A stretch of DNA of 64,000 nt from contig JAEOSZ010000026.1 of the NCBI GenBank assembly GCA_016840095.1, positions 1-64,000 on the forward strand, in the 5' to 3' direction. This stretch comes from Candidatus Heimdallarchaeota archaeon. GTDB lineage: Archaea; Asgardarchaeota; Heimdallarchaeia; Heimdallarchaeales; Heimdallarchaeaceae. Shown here in pieces: positions 31,530 through 41,310 of the stretch. Position numbers and translations under genes: made by a program. The notes under the pieces are model-generated. The model did no database searches. It had not been told where the DNA came from and saw only the letters and a list, made by a program, of their open reading frames with translations. Every line of letters starts with the position of its first letter. Position 1 is the stretch's first letter.

Positions 31530-32710
31530 GAACAATGTTAGATTCTCTTCCAGTACCTCTGATTACTTCAGAATTGAGAAAATATCTAGAGGAGCTCCTT
31601 GGAAAAGAAACAGCTGAAAGTTACTTAAGAGCAATTTGTACACCAATGGAAGAATATACACTCCATATATTTAGGAAACAAGAACTTGCAGAAGACATTA
31701 TAGAACACATTAAGAAATTTACTTTCAAAGCTTACCAACATTCTACTTTTACCAACTTAATAATTACAGAACCTAAAGGTCCTTTTGAAATAGATTTTAC
31801 GGAAGAATTGAAGGAAATTGTAGTGGATAATGTTGCAGCAGAGATGATTTATCAAGGATCTGATGTTTTTGTTCCTGGAATTAAACGTGCAAATAAAGTA
31901 AAGGAGAACGATTTAGTAATTGTAAAGAACCAGAAGGGAATTCCAGTGGCTAAAGCCAAAGCATTGATGAGTCATAACAAGATTTTGTCAAAGAAAAAGG
32001 GTATTGCAGCAATCAATTTGGAGTCAACATATAGGGTTCCCAGTGTTCCTCAATTGGGATTATATGAGTTTCCAGTTTATTTTCATAGTATGCCTGCTTA
32101 CCTAGCAAGTTTAAATCTAGACCCTCAACCTGGAGAGAAAGTGTTGGATTGTTGTGCTGCACCAGGAAACAAAACTATACACTTGAGTGAACTAATGGGG
32201 AACAGAGGAGAGATAATAGCAATAGATAGATCCAAAAGAAGATTACAGAGTCTGGAAGAGAAGATAAAGAAATTTGAAATAAAAAACATCAAAACTGTTG
32301 TAGGAAGTATCATTGATTTGAGTAAGGAATGGAATTTGAAATTTGATAAAATACTAGTTGATCCCCCTTGCACTGCTCTTGGTTTGAGACCTAGACTTAC
32401 TCTTGAAGTTAATCGCAGAATAATTGAATCATCTGCAGATTACCAAAAAGCTATTCTATTTGCATGTAATAAATTATTGAAACCTAGTGGTGAATTAGTT
32501 TATTCTACCTGTACAATTACAAAAGAAGAAAATGAAGATGTTGTAAATCATGCCTTGAAATTTGGCTTAGAAATAATTCATCAACCAAATAATGTTTCAA
32601 CAATGGGATCTATTGGTACTGAAATACCTATACCTGTGCAAAGGTTTGTTCCTGGACAAGATAAGACTTTGGGCTTTTTTATAGCCAAATTAAAGAAACC
32701 TGGGAGTTAA
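31526..32710 (+). CDS. RsmB/NOP2-family RNA m5C methyltransferase with PUA domain (NSUN6-like)
   Basis: PUA (GSDVFVPGI), DCCAAPGNKT, DPPC, YSTCT. Confidence 0.9.
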   Translation: MRTMLDSLPVPLITSELRKYLEELLGKETAESYLRAICTPMEEYTLHIFRKQELAEDIIEHIKKFTFKAYQHSTFTNLIITEPKGPFEIDFTEELKEIVVDNVAAEMIYQGSDVFVPGIKRANKVKENDLVIVKNQKGIPVAKAKALMSHNKILSKKKGIAAINLESTYRVPSVPQLGLYEFPVYFHSMPAYLASLNLDPQPGEKVLDCCAAPGNKTIHLSELMGNRGEIIAIDRSKRRLQSLEEKIKKFEIKNIKTVVGSIIDLSKEWNLKFDKILVDPPCTALGLRPRLTLEVNRRIIESSADYQKAILFACNKLLKPSGELVYSTCTITKEENEDVVNHALKFGLEIIHQPNNVSTMGSIGTEIPIPVQRFVPGQDKTLGFFIAKLKKPGS

Positions 32711-32751
32711 TACCGAACCTTTTTTAATTTCTGCACTTTCTTTTACATGAA

Positions 32752-33606
32752 ATGAGTTTTTTGAAGAAAGACGCATGTATTTTGATTACTAGTTCAAGAC
32801 ACAAGGATAGTATAGAACTAGCTTTATCTTTTCATGAAAAATTATTGGAAAAGGGGTATACTTCATTCCTAGATATATTCCTAGCAGAGAAAATTAAGAA
32901 ACCTGAGTTTGCATGTTCTGATGAAGAACCCACAATAATCTTCGTTTTTGGAGGAGATGGAACTATTCTCAAAACCCATGAGTTGTGGAGAAATTCTCCT
33001 ATTTTTGGGATTAATTGTGGAAAAGTTGGTTTTCTTACAGAAATTGATCCGGAGGAAATTGATCAAGCATTGGTTTCTCTCGAAAAAGGTGAAGGTTTTG
33101 TTGAAAGTTACAGCACAATTAAGATATCCTCAAAGAACTCATCAACAACCTCAGCAGTCAATGATGTAGTTGTAACTGCTGATAAAATAGGTCAATCTAT
33201 AAGCCTGAAACTGCATGTAGATAATCAGTATGTCTACACTCTTGATGGTGACGGTCTAATTGTAGCAACTAGTATAGGATCAAGTGCTTATGGTCTTTCA
33301 GCAGGGGGTTCATTAATCGTTCCAGCAGTTGAAGCAATAATAACAGTTCCAATATGTCCTTTTTCTAGAAGAGTGGTTCCCATGGTTTTTCCTTTAAGCT
33401 CTAAGTTGGAAGTAACAAATCTGAGCAAATCCAAAAATGGGAGTGTTGTAGTAGATGGAAAAGTAATCTATGAGATTGGGTATAAAGAATCAATCGAGAT
33501 TGAGAAATCGGAAGAAAAAATAAATTTCATTCGATTTTCAGAGAATTACATAACTAGAGTTAGAGAAAAACTTCTACGATTCAATCCTGATGATACAGAT
33601 GAATGA
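32752..33606 (+). CDS. NAD(+) kinase
   Basis: GGDGT, GINCGKVGFL, DGLIVATSIGSSAYGLSAGG. Confidence 0.9.
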   Translation: MSFLKKDACILITSSRHKDSIELALSFHEKLLEKGYTSFLDIFLAEKIKKPEFACSDEEPTIIFVFGGDGTILKTHELWRNSPIFGINCGKVGFLTEIDPEEIDQALVSLEKGEGFVESYSTIKISSKNSSTTSAVNDVVVTADKIGQSISLKLHVDNQYVYTLDGDGLIVATSIGSSAYGLSAGGSLIVPAVEAIITVPICPFSRRVVPMVFPLSSKLEVTNLSKSKNGSVVVDGKVIYEIGYKESIEIEKSEEKINFIRFSENYITRVREKLLRFNPDDTDE

Positions 33607-34117
33607 AGACAATAACAATAAAAAGCTAAATTATTTCATAGTTGATTCTACTGCGATAATTCATCATTTTGTACTTGAAAATGAGCTACAGAATAACGAT
33701 ATTCTTCTTATTCCTGAATTATTGGTAGATGAATTAAAATCATCAGTTTCAAAAGCAGTTTTAACAGTATTAGAAGCAGAGGATAAGATAATACACATTG
33801 ATCCATCTTCGAAATCTATTGAAAAAATTACCGGAATAGCAAAAGAAACTGGGGATTTTACAGCATTATCTGAAATTGATCTTCAAGTACTAGCTTTATC
33901 ATTAGATTTTCCTGGTTCTGTAATCTATAGTGATGATAATGCAGTTCAAAATGTTTGTAAGAAGTTAGATATAAAATTTGAAACCTTTCAATTCAAAATA
34001 AAACATCAACGTGAATACTTTTGGAAATGTACTGTTTGTAAAAGTAAATTTACACGTAAATTTGAAAACTGTCCTGATTGCGGGAGTCCCATAAAACGAT
34101 ATTTCAAGAAGAAATGA
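33590..34117 (+). CDS. nob1: Nob1-like PIN endonuclease with Zn ribbon
   Basis: VDST, TGD..LS.ID, SDD.AVQN, CTVC...CPDCG. Confidence 0.88.
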   Translation: MIQMNEDNNNKKLNYFIVDSTAIIHHFVLENELQNNDILLIPELLVDELKSSVSKAVLTVLEAEDKIIHIDPSSKSIEKITGIAKETGDFTALSEIDLQVLALSLDFPGSVIYSDDNAVQNVCKKLDIKFETFQFKIKHQREYFWKCTVCKSKFTRKFENCPDCGSPIKRYFKKK

Positions 34118-34134
34118 AGGAAAAGCTATTTTTC

Positions 34135-35247
34135 TTAATGCATGGTTTCTAGAGCTTCTATTATAGCTAGTATAAATCTCTCATTTGTAGGTGTGTCCCC
34201 TAAAGTAACAAGAAAAGATTTTTTCCTATCCTTGAAAGTATGGCCTTCTCTGAATATTTTAACTATTATCCCCTTACTACAAAGCTGTTCAAAAAGATCA
34301 GTTATATCCTCCTTGTATCTTATGAAAAGGAAGTTGGCATCTGTTCGGAAAACTGTTAATCCGTTAACCATCTTCAAATGTTCAATTACTCGTTTTCTTT
34401 CTACAATGAAGTTGTTTATTAATTCAACAAATTTATACGGTGCTTGAAGGATATGAGTAGTTGCTAAGATGTGGATTGGGGGGATCTCTTCCAAAATATA
34501 TTGTTTCTTCAGCAAATTAATATATTTTGAATCCGATACAAGATAAGCAGAAGAGGTTGCTCCTAGTCCCCATGCTTTTGCAAAAGATCGAATAACTGTT
34601 AGATTATCAAAGTACTTAACTTGATTTATCAGACTATATTTTCCAAATTCAACGTACGATTCATCTACAATAATAGGTATTTTGAGTTCTCTTGTAAGTG
34701 TAAGAACATCTCCTTCATCAAATTGATTTGCAGTAGGATAGTGTGGCGAAGAAAAAACAATAGCCTTTGGAGATATTTCCTCTGTTAGTTCTATTATAGC
34801 ATTCACATCTAGTTCAAAATTATCAATCAAACTGACTTTGTGAATGTTAAGTTTCTGATTTTGAGCGATTTCATCATAAATACCCTTATCAGGAGAAAGT
34901 AGAATGATATCGTTTTTTCTCTTTGTTGTAATAGATATAATTCTTTGTAGGAGTTGAGTATGGGTCACTCCAGGATAGATTGTAGATGCTTCAACACCTG
35001 CAAATCGTGAAATTTCTTCGATGAAGGAATAATAATCTATTGGATAACTGTCTCTTGGATCTATGGAATCAATTGTTTTTGTTATGATTTTCTGAACATG
35101 AGAAGGAGGAACAAATAAATTATCACCTAAACTAAGGTCAAGTATTTGATCAATGTTTAAATCGAATTTTTCAACAATTTCCTGATGTCTCTTCAAACGA
35201 TCAAGAGCATTCTTAGTTATGGAAATCCTGTTAGACAGTTGTTTCAC
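34135..35247 (-). CDS. HisC-like class I/II PLP aminotransferase, degenerate
   Basis: VDESYVEF, RSFAKAWG and ANFLF are present, but several catalytic motifs are altered. Confidence 0.75.
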   Translation of the reverse strand: MKQLSNRISITKNALDRLKRHQEIVEKFDLNIDQILDLSLGDNLFVPPSHVQKIITKTIDSIDPRDSYPIDYYSFIEEISRFAGVEASTIYPGVTHTQLLQRIISITTKRKNDIILLSPDKGIYDEIAQNQKLNIHKVSLIDNFELDVNAIIELTEEISPKAIVFSSPHYPTANQFDEGDVLTLTRELKIPIIVDESYVEFGKYSLINQVKYFDNLTVIRSFAKAWGLGATSSAYLVSDSKYINLLKKQYILEEIPPIHILATTHILQAPYKFVELINNFIVERKRVIEHLKMVNGLTVFRTDANFLFIRYKEDITDLFEQLCSKGIIVKIFREGHTFKDRKKSFLVTLGDTPTNERFILAIIEALETMH

Positions 35248-35405
35248 CTATTTTTCTCACAATAAATAGTTAAAGTTGAGAAATAGAAAAATTCACTCAT
35301 TATAAAAGTATCCTTCAAATTTGAGTTAATATTTTTGGGGAAAACTAAAAAAGAAAGATAGAATAAAAGAGTTACATAGAGAATTTGCTAAGATGGTGAC
35401 AGAAA

Positions 35406-36296
35406 ATGGTTCACAAATTTACAGTTGAATTCCCAGAAAGAATATGGAATGCTATCCAAGAAAAGAAAGGAGCTGGCTCAATAAAGGATTTTTTAATTAG
35501 ATTAATAGAAAAGGAATTTGAATTGAGAAAAAACAAAGTTCTGATATTAGCTGGTGGTGAAGGAGCTCGTTTAAAACCACTAACAGAAACCATTCCAAAA
35601 GCAATGATTCCTGTAGGATACCGACCTTTACTAGAATACAATCTTGACTTAATTGCTAAAAGCGGAATAACTGATGTTGTTTTGTTGATAGGAAAATTAG
35701 GTAGCAGAATTATGAAACACTTTGGTCAAAACTGGAATGGTGTGGATATAAGCTATGTAAGTGAATCTGCAAATTTAGATACAGCAGGGGCAATATATAA
35801 TGCTCGAAATCTTGTTTCTGATACTTTTGTTGTTATGAATTCCGATATTTTAACAGACATAAATCTAGTAAACTTAATTGATTATCATAAGAGCCACAAA
35901 AAAGATATAATTGCAACAGTTTGTGGAATTGGAGTAAATGACTACTATCAAGCAATGGGAAAAACTGCAGATAAAGGACTTTTTTCTGATTATGGAGTGT
36001 TCTATATAGATGATGCAATTAACAAACAGGTCATAAGATTTGAAGAACCTCCTACAAAATCACAACAAAGTGGTTATATTAATACTGGAATTTATGTTTT
36101 TGAACCAGAGATTATTGATTATCTCTCTGAATCAGAAGGCAAATCAATTTCAGGAGATACATTACCATTTCTGATAGATGATAATAAAGTGAAAGCTTTT
36201 CTCTGTCCTAAGAATGTGTTTTGGATAGATGTTGCACATCCTGAACGATGGAGCAAAGCATGGGATGTCTTATTTTCTGGAGCATTTGAAATATAG
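35406..36296 (+). CDS. Sugar-phosphate nucleotidyltransferase with an N-terminal ribbon-helix-helix-like segment
   Basis: LAGGEGARLKPLT..PKAM, NSDI, INTGIYVF, WIDV; N-terminus MVHKFTVEFPERIWNAI. Confidence 0.85.
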   Translation: MVHKFTVEFPERIWNAIQEKKGAGSIKDFLIRLIEKEFELRKNKVLILAGGEGARLKPLTETIPKAMIPVGYRPLLEYNLDLIAKSGITDVVLLIGKLGSRIMKHFGQNWNGVDISYVSESANLDTAGAIYNARNLVSDTFVVMNSDILTDINLVNLIDYHKSHKKDIIATVCGIGVNDYYQAMGKTADKGLFSDYGVFYIDDAINKQVIRFEEPPTKSQQSGYINTGIYVFEPEIIDYLSESEGKSISGDTLPFLIDDNKVKAFLCPKNVFWIDVAHPERWSKAWDVLFSGAFEI

Positions 36297-36384
36297 ATTG
36301 AGGTATAAAGAAAGAAAACTCAAAAGTGCAAATCTTTAATAATTTGAGTTGAAAGACAGCACAAGTAATAAAGGTGACTGACTT

Positions 36385-36687
36385 ATGGACCTTAATCGAA
36401 GTATTAGAATAGCAGTAGACACTGGTAAAGTTTCTTATGGCGCAGACTCTGCAAGAACAGCACTATTAAACAAACAAGCTAAACTAGTAATATTATCAAA
36501 CAACGCTCCTCAAGATATTAGAGACGATGTATATACATACGCAAATCTTTCTGAAATACCAATTTTGGAATTCACAGGTTCATCATTAGATTTAGGTGCA
36601 ATTTGTGGGAGACCACACTTTGTTGCAGCTGTAACAATCTATGAGATGGGAGATAGTGATATACTCAAAGCAGTTAAAAAGAAATAA
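36385..36687 (+). CDS. rpl30e: 50S ribosomal protein eL30
   Basis: AVDTGKV..G, SLDLGAICGRP, GDSDIL. Confidence 0.96.
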   Translation: MDLNRSIRIAVDTGKVSYGADSARTALLNKQAKLVILSNNAPQDIRDDVYTYANLSEIPILEFTGSSLDLGAICGRPHFVAAVTIYEMGDSDILKAVKKK

Positions 36688-36696
36688 ATACTAGTG

Positions 36697-36816
36697 ATTG
36701 ACGTAGAAGAGTATCTCAACTTATGTTTAAATAGACTTTTAAACATTCAAACCATAAAGATTACTTGAATCGCACTGAAAGACGAATTAAGTCTTTCGAG
36801 ATAAAATCATGTCAAT
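36697..36816 (+). ncRNA. Candidate multi-branched structured RNA between rpl30e and nusA
   Basis: Five nested or adjacent stems; see findings. Confidence 0.5.
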
Positions 36817-36853
36817 AAATACAAACACGACTTCACAAATTGGATGAAATAAA

Positions 36854-37288
36854 ATGCCTTCAGTAAAATTATCACAAACAGAAATGCAATATATAACTAT
36901 CCTTCAAGGAATTGTTAACGTAACTATAAAAGACTGTATTGTTGATGAAGATGATAACAAAGTCGTTTTTGTTGTTTCTGAGGGACAAGCAGGAATGGCT
37001 ATTGGGAAAAGAGGGATGAATATTAACAAGTTAAAGGAAATGATCTCAAAAGATGTTGAGATAATTGAACATTCATCAGATCCTGCTAAATTCATTAGAA
37101 ATTGTTTCCTACCCATTATCATAAGAGAGATTATCTTTCTAGATAGAAAAAATGGAAAAGCCGCAACAGTTGAAGTTGATAACAAAGACAAAGGACGAGC
37201 TATTGGAAGAAATGGAAAAAACATTAACAAAGTGAAAAATCTTGTTCTTCGTCAATTTGATATCATAGATGTTATGATTAAACAATAA
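36854..37288 (+). CDS. nusA: Archaeal NusA (two KH domains)
   Basis: AIGKRGMNI, AIGRNGKNI; follows rpl30e. Confidence 0.95.
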   Translation: MPSVKLSQTEMQYITILQGIVNVTIKDCIVDEDDNKVVFVVSEGQAGMAIGKRGMNINKLKEMISKDVEIIEHSSDPAKFIRNCFLPIIIREIIFLDRKNGKAATVEVDNKDKGRAIGRNGKNINKVKNLVLRQFDIIDVMIKQ

Positions 37289-37380
37289 TAATCAAACATT
37301 CCTAAATTTCTATTTTATACTTAATTTTGGAAAAAATTAAAGTAGAATATTAAATACAAAGAATTAGAGAAAGTGATAGC

Positions 37381-37788
37381 ATGTTGAACACATCAATATC
37401 AGATGATGATAAATTGAGCAAACTGCTTAAGTTGATTAAAGCAGAAGGAAATTTATCTGAAATTGCAGAAAATGAAATTATCTCATCTTTTGAATCTCGA
37501 GGTGAAAAAGCCGCAAAAACTTTACGTGAGAATAAATTGCATAAATTGATTCTTAATGAAAGAATTGCAATATGGGAGGTTGAGGGAACTAGTGGTAGTT
37601 ATATCTTGATTGATAATAATTATTGTGAGTGTAAAGATTTTCAAATTAGAGTTCTAAGGAGAGGAGAAAAAACACTATGCTATCATTTATTAGCGAAAAT
37701 AATAGGGGAAGAATTACAACTTTATAACCTAAGGAAGATCTCTAACGAGGATTATGATAACTTAATAAAATCTAAAATCTCAGATTAG
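37381..37788 (+). CDS. SWIM zinc-finger protein
   Basis: YCECKDF...LCYH. Confidence 0.8.
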   Translation: MLNTSISDDDKLSKLLKLIKAEGNLSEIAENEIISSFESRGEKAAKTLRENKLHKLILNERIAIWEVEGTSGSYILIDNNYCECKDFQIRVLRRGEKTLCYHLLAKIIGEELQLYNLRKISNEDYDNLIKSKISD

Positions 37789-37817
37789 TTTTAAAAATAA
37801 TAAAATGGAAGAAATTG

Positions 37818-40800
37818 CTACGCAATGTCTTCAAGTTCTATATGTGGTGCAATTCCCAAACTCATTAATTCTTGTAAAAGAAGTTTGAATGCATAACTAA
37901 TAATTACTCTAGCTACAGTAGTTTCCTCTTTGCAAATTGGACAATGATACCTGTCTCTATTTCTATCATACATGGCTAAGAAACCACATTTTGAGCAGAT
38001 TAAAGCATCAGTTTTATCAGATTCATCAAGTAATCTCTCTTTAAGTAAAATAGATGTTCCATGTCCAATAAGACAATCTCTTTCCATTTCACCAAACCTT
38101 AATCCTCCTTCTCTAGCTCTTCCTTCAGTTGGTTGCCTTGTAAGCATTTGAATTGGACCTCGAGCTCTAGCATGGATTTTGTCTTGTACTAAATGGTGAA
38201 GTTTTTGATAAAATTGAGAACCTACAAAAATTGTCCCTTCTAATCTTTTACCTGTTTTACCATCATACATAACTTCCCTACCCAGAGGATGCATGCCTTG
38301 AGTTTTTAATGTATTATGCAAATCAGTTAAACTAGTTTTACTGAATGCTGTACCATAAATTGATTCTCCTGCATAAGCAGAAACCTTACCCGCTAACAAT
38401 TCCATTAACATTCCTATTGTCATTCTTGAAGGAACAGCATGAGGATTGATAATGATATCAGGAACAACGCCTGATTCTGTGAAAGGCATATCTTCTTGAG
38501 GAATAATTAGACCAATAACACCTTTTTGTCCATGTCTTGATGCAAATTTATCTCCAATTTCAGGAATTCTCTCTGATCTAACTTTAACTTTTACAAGTCT
38601 ATTTCCTTCGTTTGTGTCAGTTAAGATAACAATATCAGATAATCCGCTTTCTCCATGTCTCATAGCTTTACTAGTTTCTCTTCTGTTTTGAGGTGGCACA
38701 TCGAATTCTGTATATTCCTCTAAAAATCTAGGAGGACTAGTTCTACCAATTAAAACCTCTCCTCTATTTCCATCAACAGCAATTTCTGGTTCAATGATTC
38801 CATCTTCACCAAGATGAACATATTGAGATTCGTCCTTATAACCTCTAACTGTGTCGTCAGGTATTTCAAAGGTATCTTCTTGACCATTTGGATACTTTCT
38901 TTCTTCAGCATCATAGGTTCGGTAAAAAGTACTTCTTCCTAAACCTCTTTCAATAGCAGCTTTATTTATTAGAAGAGCATCTTCCATATTGTAACCTTCA
39001 TAAGATAGCACTGCAACAATGAAGTTTTGCCCTGCTGGACGACTCTCAAAACCAATGGAATCCATTCCATGAGTTTTAACTAAAGGCTTTTGTGGATAAT
39101 GTAGGACATGTGCTCTAGTATCCATTCGGTTTCTAAAATTAGCAGCAAAAATTCCTAGTGCTTGCTTTGCCATTCCAGCTTCGTAGACGTTACGATCAGA
39201 ACGGTTGTGTTCAGGGAACGGAATTAATGAGGCACATATTCCAAGAATTGTACTTGGAGTAATTTCCATGTGAGTTATATCAGGATTTAAAGCATCTTCA
39301 TCAATGGCAATATAGAGATTTTCTTCTTCTTCTGCATCAACATATTCAACAACTTGATTTCGAACCAAATCGCTCCATGTCCACTTCCCGCTCTTAATCC
39401 AAGAATACATTTCCTTGGTGAGTTGTGGTTCTCCTTCTTTGACAATGATAAGAGGACGACGCACTCTACCTGCATCACAATTGACCATAATTTCATTAGT
39501 ATCGTCATAATAGGAAACGTTAACCTTGTTATCAAGTTCTCCTAATCTTCGTTTTTCAATTAGTTTTTCTTTGAAATCTACAGCGTCTTGAATTACTCCT
39601 AAGAAACTTCCATTTAAGAATACTTTGCAGTATTTTGGATCAGCAACTTGCTTTGCGAGAACAGAAGTAGATTCCACTAAATCTGCGGGTTTAATCTTAT
39701 TTAATCCTAAACTTTGAACAAGTTTTTTCTCCACATCTTTACTATTCAAATCAACACTAATATAGGCTTGAAGGGCAAGATTTTTTACTAGACCACAATT
39801 TGGTCCTTCTGGAGTTTCATTTGGACATATCTTACCAAAATGAGTGGGGTGCAAATCTCTTGCTTCGAAGTGAGGTTGACTTCTACTTAAAGGACTTACA
39901 ACTCTTCGTAAATGGCTTAAGGCTGACATATAATTTGTTCTATCTAGAAGTTGACTTACTCCTGATTTACCTCCAGTCCAGTTTCCAGTTGCTAAAGCAT
40001 GACGAAGTCTTTCTGTTATTAAGTCTGCGCGGACAGCTGTTTTAAGATTTGGTTTTCGACCTCTAACAGTAACTCTTTCAAGTTGGTATTTGATGTCTCT
40101 GCAAAGAGCATGAAATGCAACACGATACAGCATTAGAATGAGATCTCCTGCTAATTTCAATCTTTTATTAGCATAATGATCTTTATCGTCTTCTGGTCTA
40201 ATTCCAGCTTCTAATTCAAGAAGTCTTTGAGCCATTCTAGCTAAGAAGAATGCTTTCTTTAATCGTGATTCCTCATCACTTCCAAGATGAGGTAATAGAT
40301 ATTTATCCAGAACTTGCATAGCTCTGTTTATACGATATTCCTTGGTTTGTCCAACAGCTACTCTTTTACCAATGTAATCTAGAGATTCTTCTGTAGTATC
40401 AATTTCTGAAGATTCACGCATTAAGATTGACATTACTCGAGCACGTAGTTTGGGGGTTGGACTTATGGCCATTGCAATCATATCATCTCTTTCTATACCT
40501 AATGCTCTCATTAGTAAGATGAGTGATATTTTTCTTGGCATACTTGGAAAACTAACTCTTAATTGACCATCATTGGTGTGTTCAACTGTAACTGGTGCTC
40601 TAAAACCATGAATAACACTGAAAACTTTAGCCTCACTAGTTACGTTTCCTTTACTTGTTAGTTTTTCAATCAAAATTCGATTTGGAGCTAAATCCTCTTG
40701 AGTGACTATTACTCTTTCACTTCCATTAACTAGGAAGTAACCACCAGGATCTCTAGGATCTTCACCTAGTTTAACAAGCGATTCTGGAGATTGATTATAT

Positions 40801-41216
40801 AATTGACACTTTTTAGATTTCAGCATCACAGGAAGATACCCAATAAAGACGCTTATAGGTTCTAGAGGAATTTCAACTCCATCTTCCCCACCTTTTCTAA
40901 TTGGTTTCATGTGAAGATTTAACCTTGAAGCGTAAGTAAGATTTCGAATTCTTGCTTCCATGGGATAAATAGTACTTTGAGAACCATCAGCTTCTCTGAT
41001 TGTTGGTTCTTCTACCTCAACTTTTTCAAGTTTAACATAAAATTCAGAATCTTCTGGCTCAATAACTTTGATTTCTTCAATTACTGATTGAAGACCCTTT
41101 TCAATAAAATCATTGAAAGAATCCAAATGTTGGCGAACTAATCCTAATTCATCAAACATAGAATTGACTAGTATCCACCGACTATTAGCATCTGCTTTAC
41201 CTTTTTTCTTGGCCAT
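37818..41216 (-). CDS. rpoB: RNA polymerase subunit B (Rpo2, unsplit)
   Basis: GGYFLVNGSE, ETPEGPNCGL, GDKFASRHGQKG, GGLRFGEMERD. Confidence 0.98.
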   Translation of the reverse strand: MAKKKGKADANSRWILVNSMFDELGLVRQHLDSFNDFIEKGLQSVIEEIKVIEPEDSEFYVKLEKVEVEEPTIREADGSQSTIYPMEARIRNLTYASRLNLHMKPIRKGGEDGVEIPLEPISVFIGYLPVMLKSKKCQLYNQSPESLVKLGEDPRDPGGYFLVNGSERVIVTQEDLAPNRILIEKLTSKGNVTSEAKVFSVIHGFRAPVTVEHTNDGQLRVSFPSMPRKISLILLMRALGIERDDMIAMAISPTPKLRARVMSILMRESSEIDTTEESLDYIGKRVAVGQTKEYRINRAMQVLDKYLLPHLGSDEESRLKKAFFLARMAQRLLELEAGIRPEDDKDHYANKRLKLAGDLILMLYRVAFHALCRDIKYQLERVTVRGRKPNLKTAVRADLITERLRHALATGNWTGGKSGVSQLLDRTNYMSALSHLRRVVSPLSRSQPHFEARDLHPTHFGKICPNETPEGPNCGLVKNLALQAYISVDLNSKDVEKKLVQSLGLNKIKPADLVESTSVLAKQVADPKYCKVFLNGSFLGVIQDAVDFKEKLIEKRRLGELDNKVNVSYYDDTNEIMVNCDAGRVRRPLIIVKEGEPQLTKEMYSWIKSGKWTWSDLVRNQVVEYVDAEEEENLYIAIDEDALNPDITHMEITPSTILGICASLIPFPEHNRSDRNVYEAGMAKQALGIFAANFRNRMDTRAHVLHYPQKPLVKTHGMDSIGFESRPAGQNFIVAVLSYEGYNMEDALLINKAAIERGLGRSTFYRTYDAEERKYPNGQEDTFEIPDDTVRGYKDESQYVHLGEDGIIEPEIAVDGNRGEVLIGRTSPPRFLEEYTEFDVPPQNRRETSKAMRHGESGLSDIVILTDTNEGNRLVKVKVRSERIPEIGDKFASRHGQKGVIGLIIPQEDMPFTESGVVPDIIINPHAVPSRMTIGMLMELLAGKVSAYAGESIYGTAFSKTSLTDLHNTLKTQGMHPLGREVMYDGKTGKRLEGTIFVGSQFYQKLHHLVQDKIHARARGPIQMLTRQPTEGRAREGGLRFGEMERDCLIGHGTSILLKERLLDESDKTDALICSKCGFLAMYDRNRDRYHCPICKEETTVARVIISYAFKLLLQELMSLGIAPHIELEDIA

Positions 41217-41310
41217 ATGAACACCTATACAGCAAATAAAAATTAATGTCCTCGCATTATGAGGGTTTTATGATATATTAAAAAGCTTATGAATCACGAC
41301 TAACAATCAT

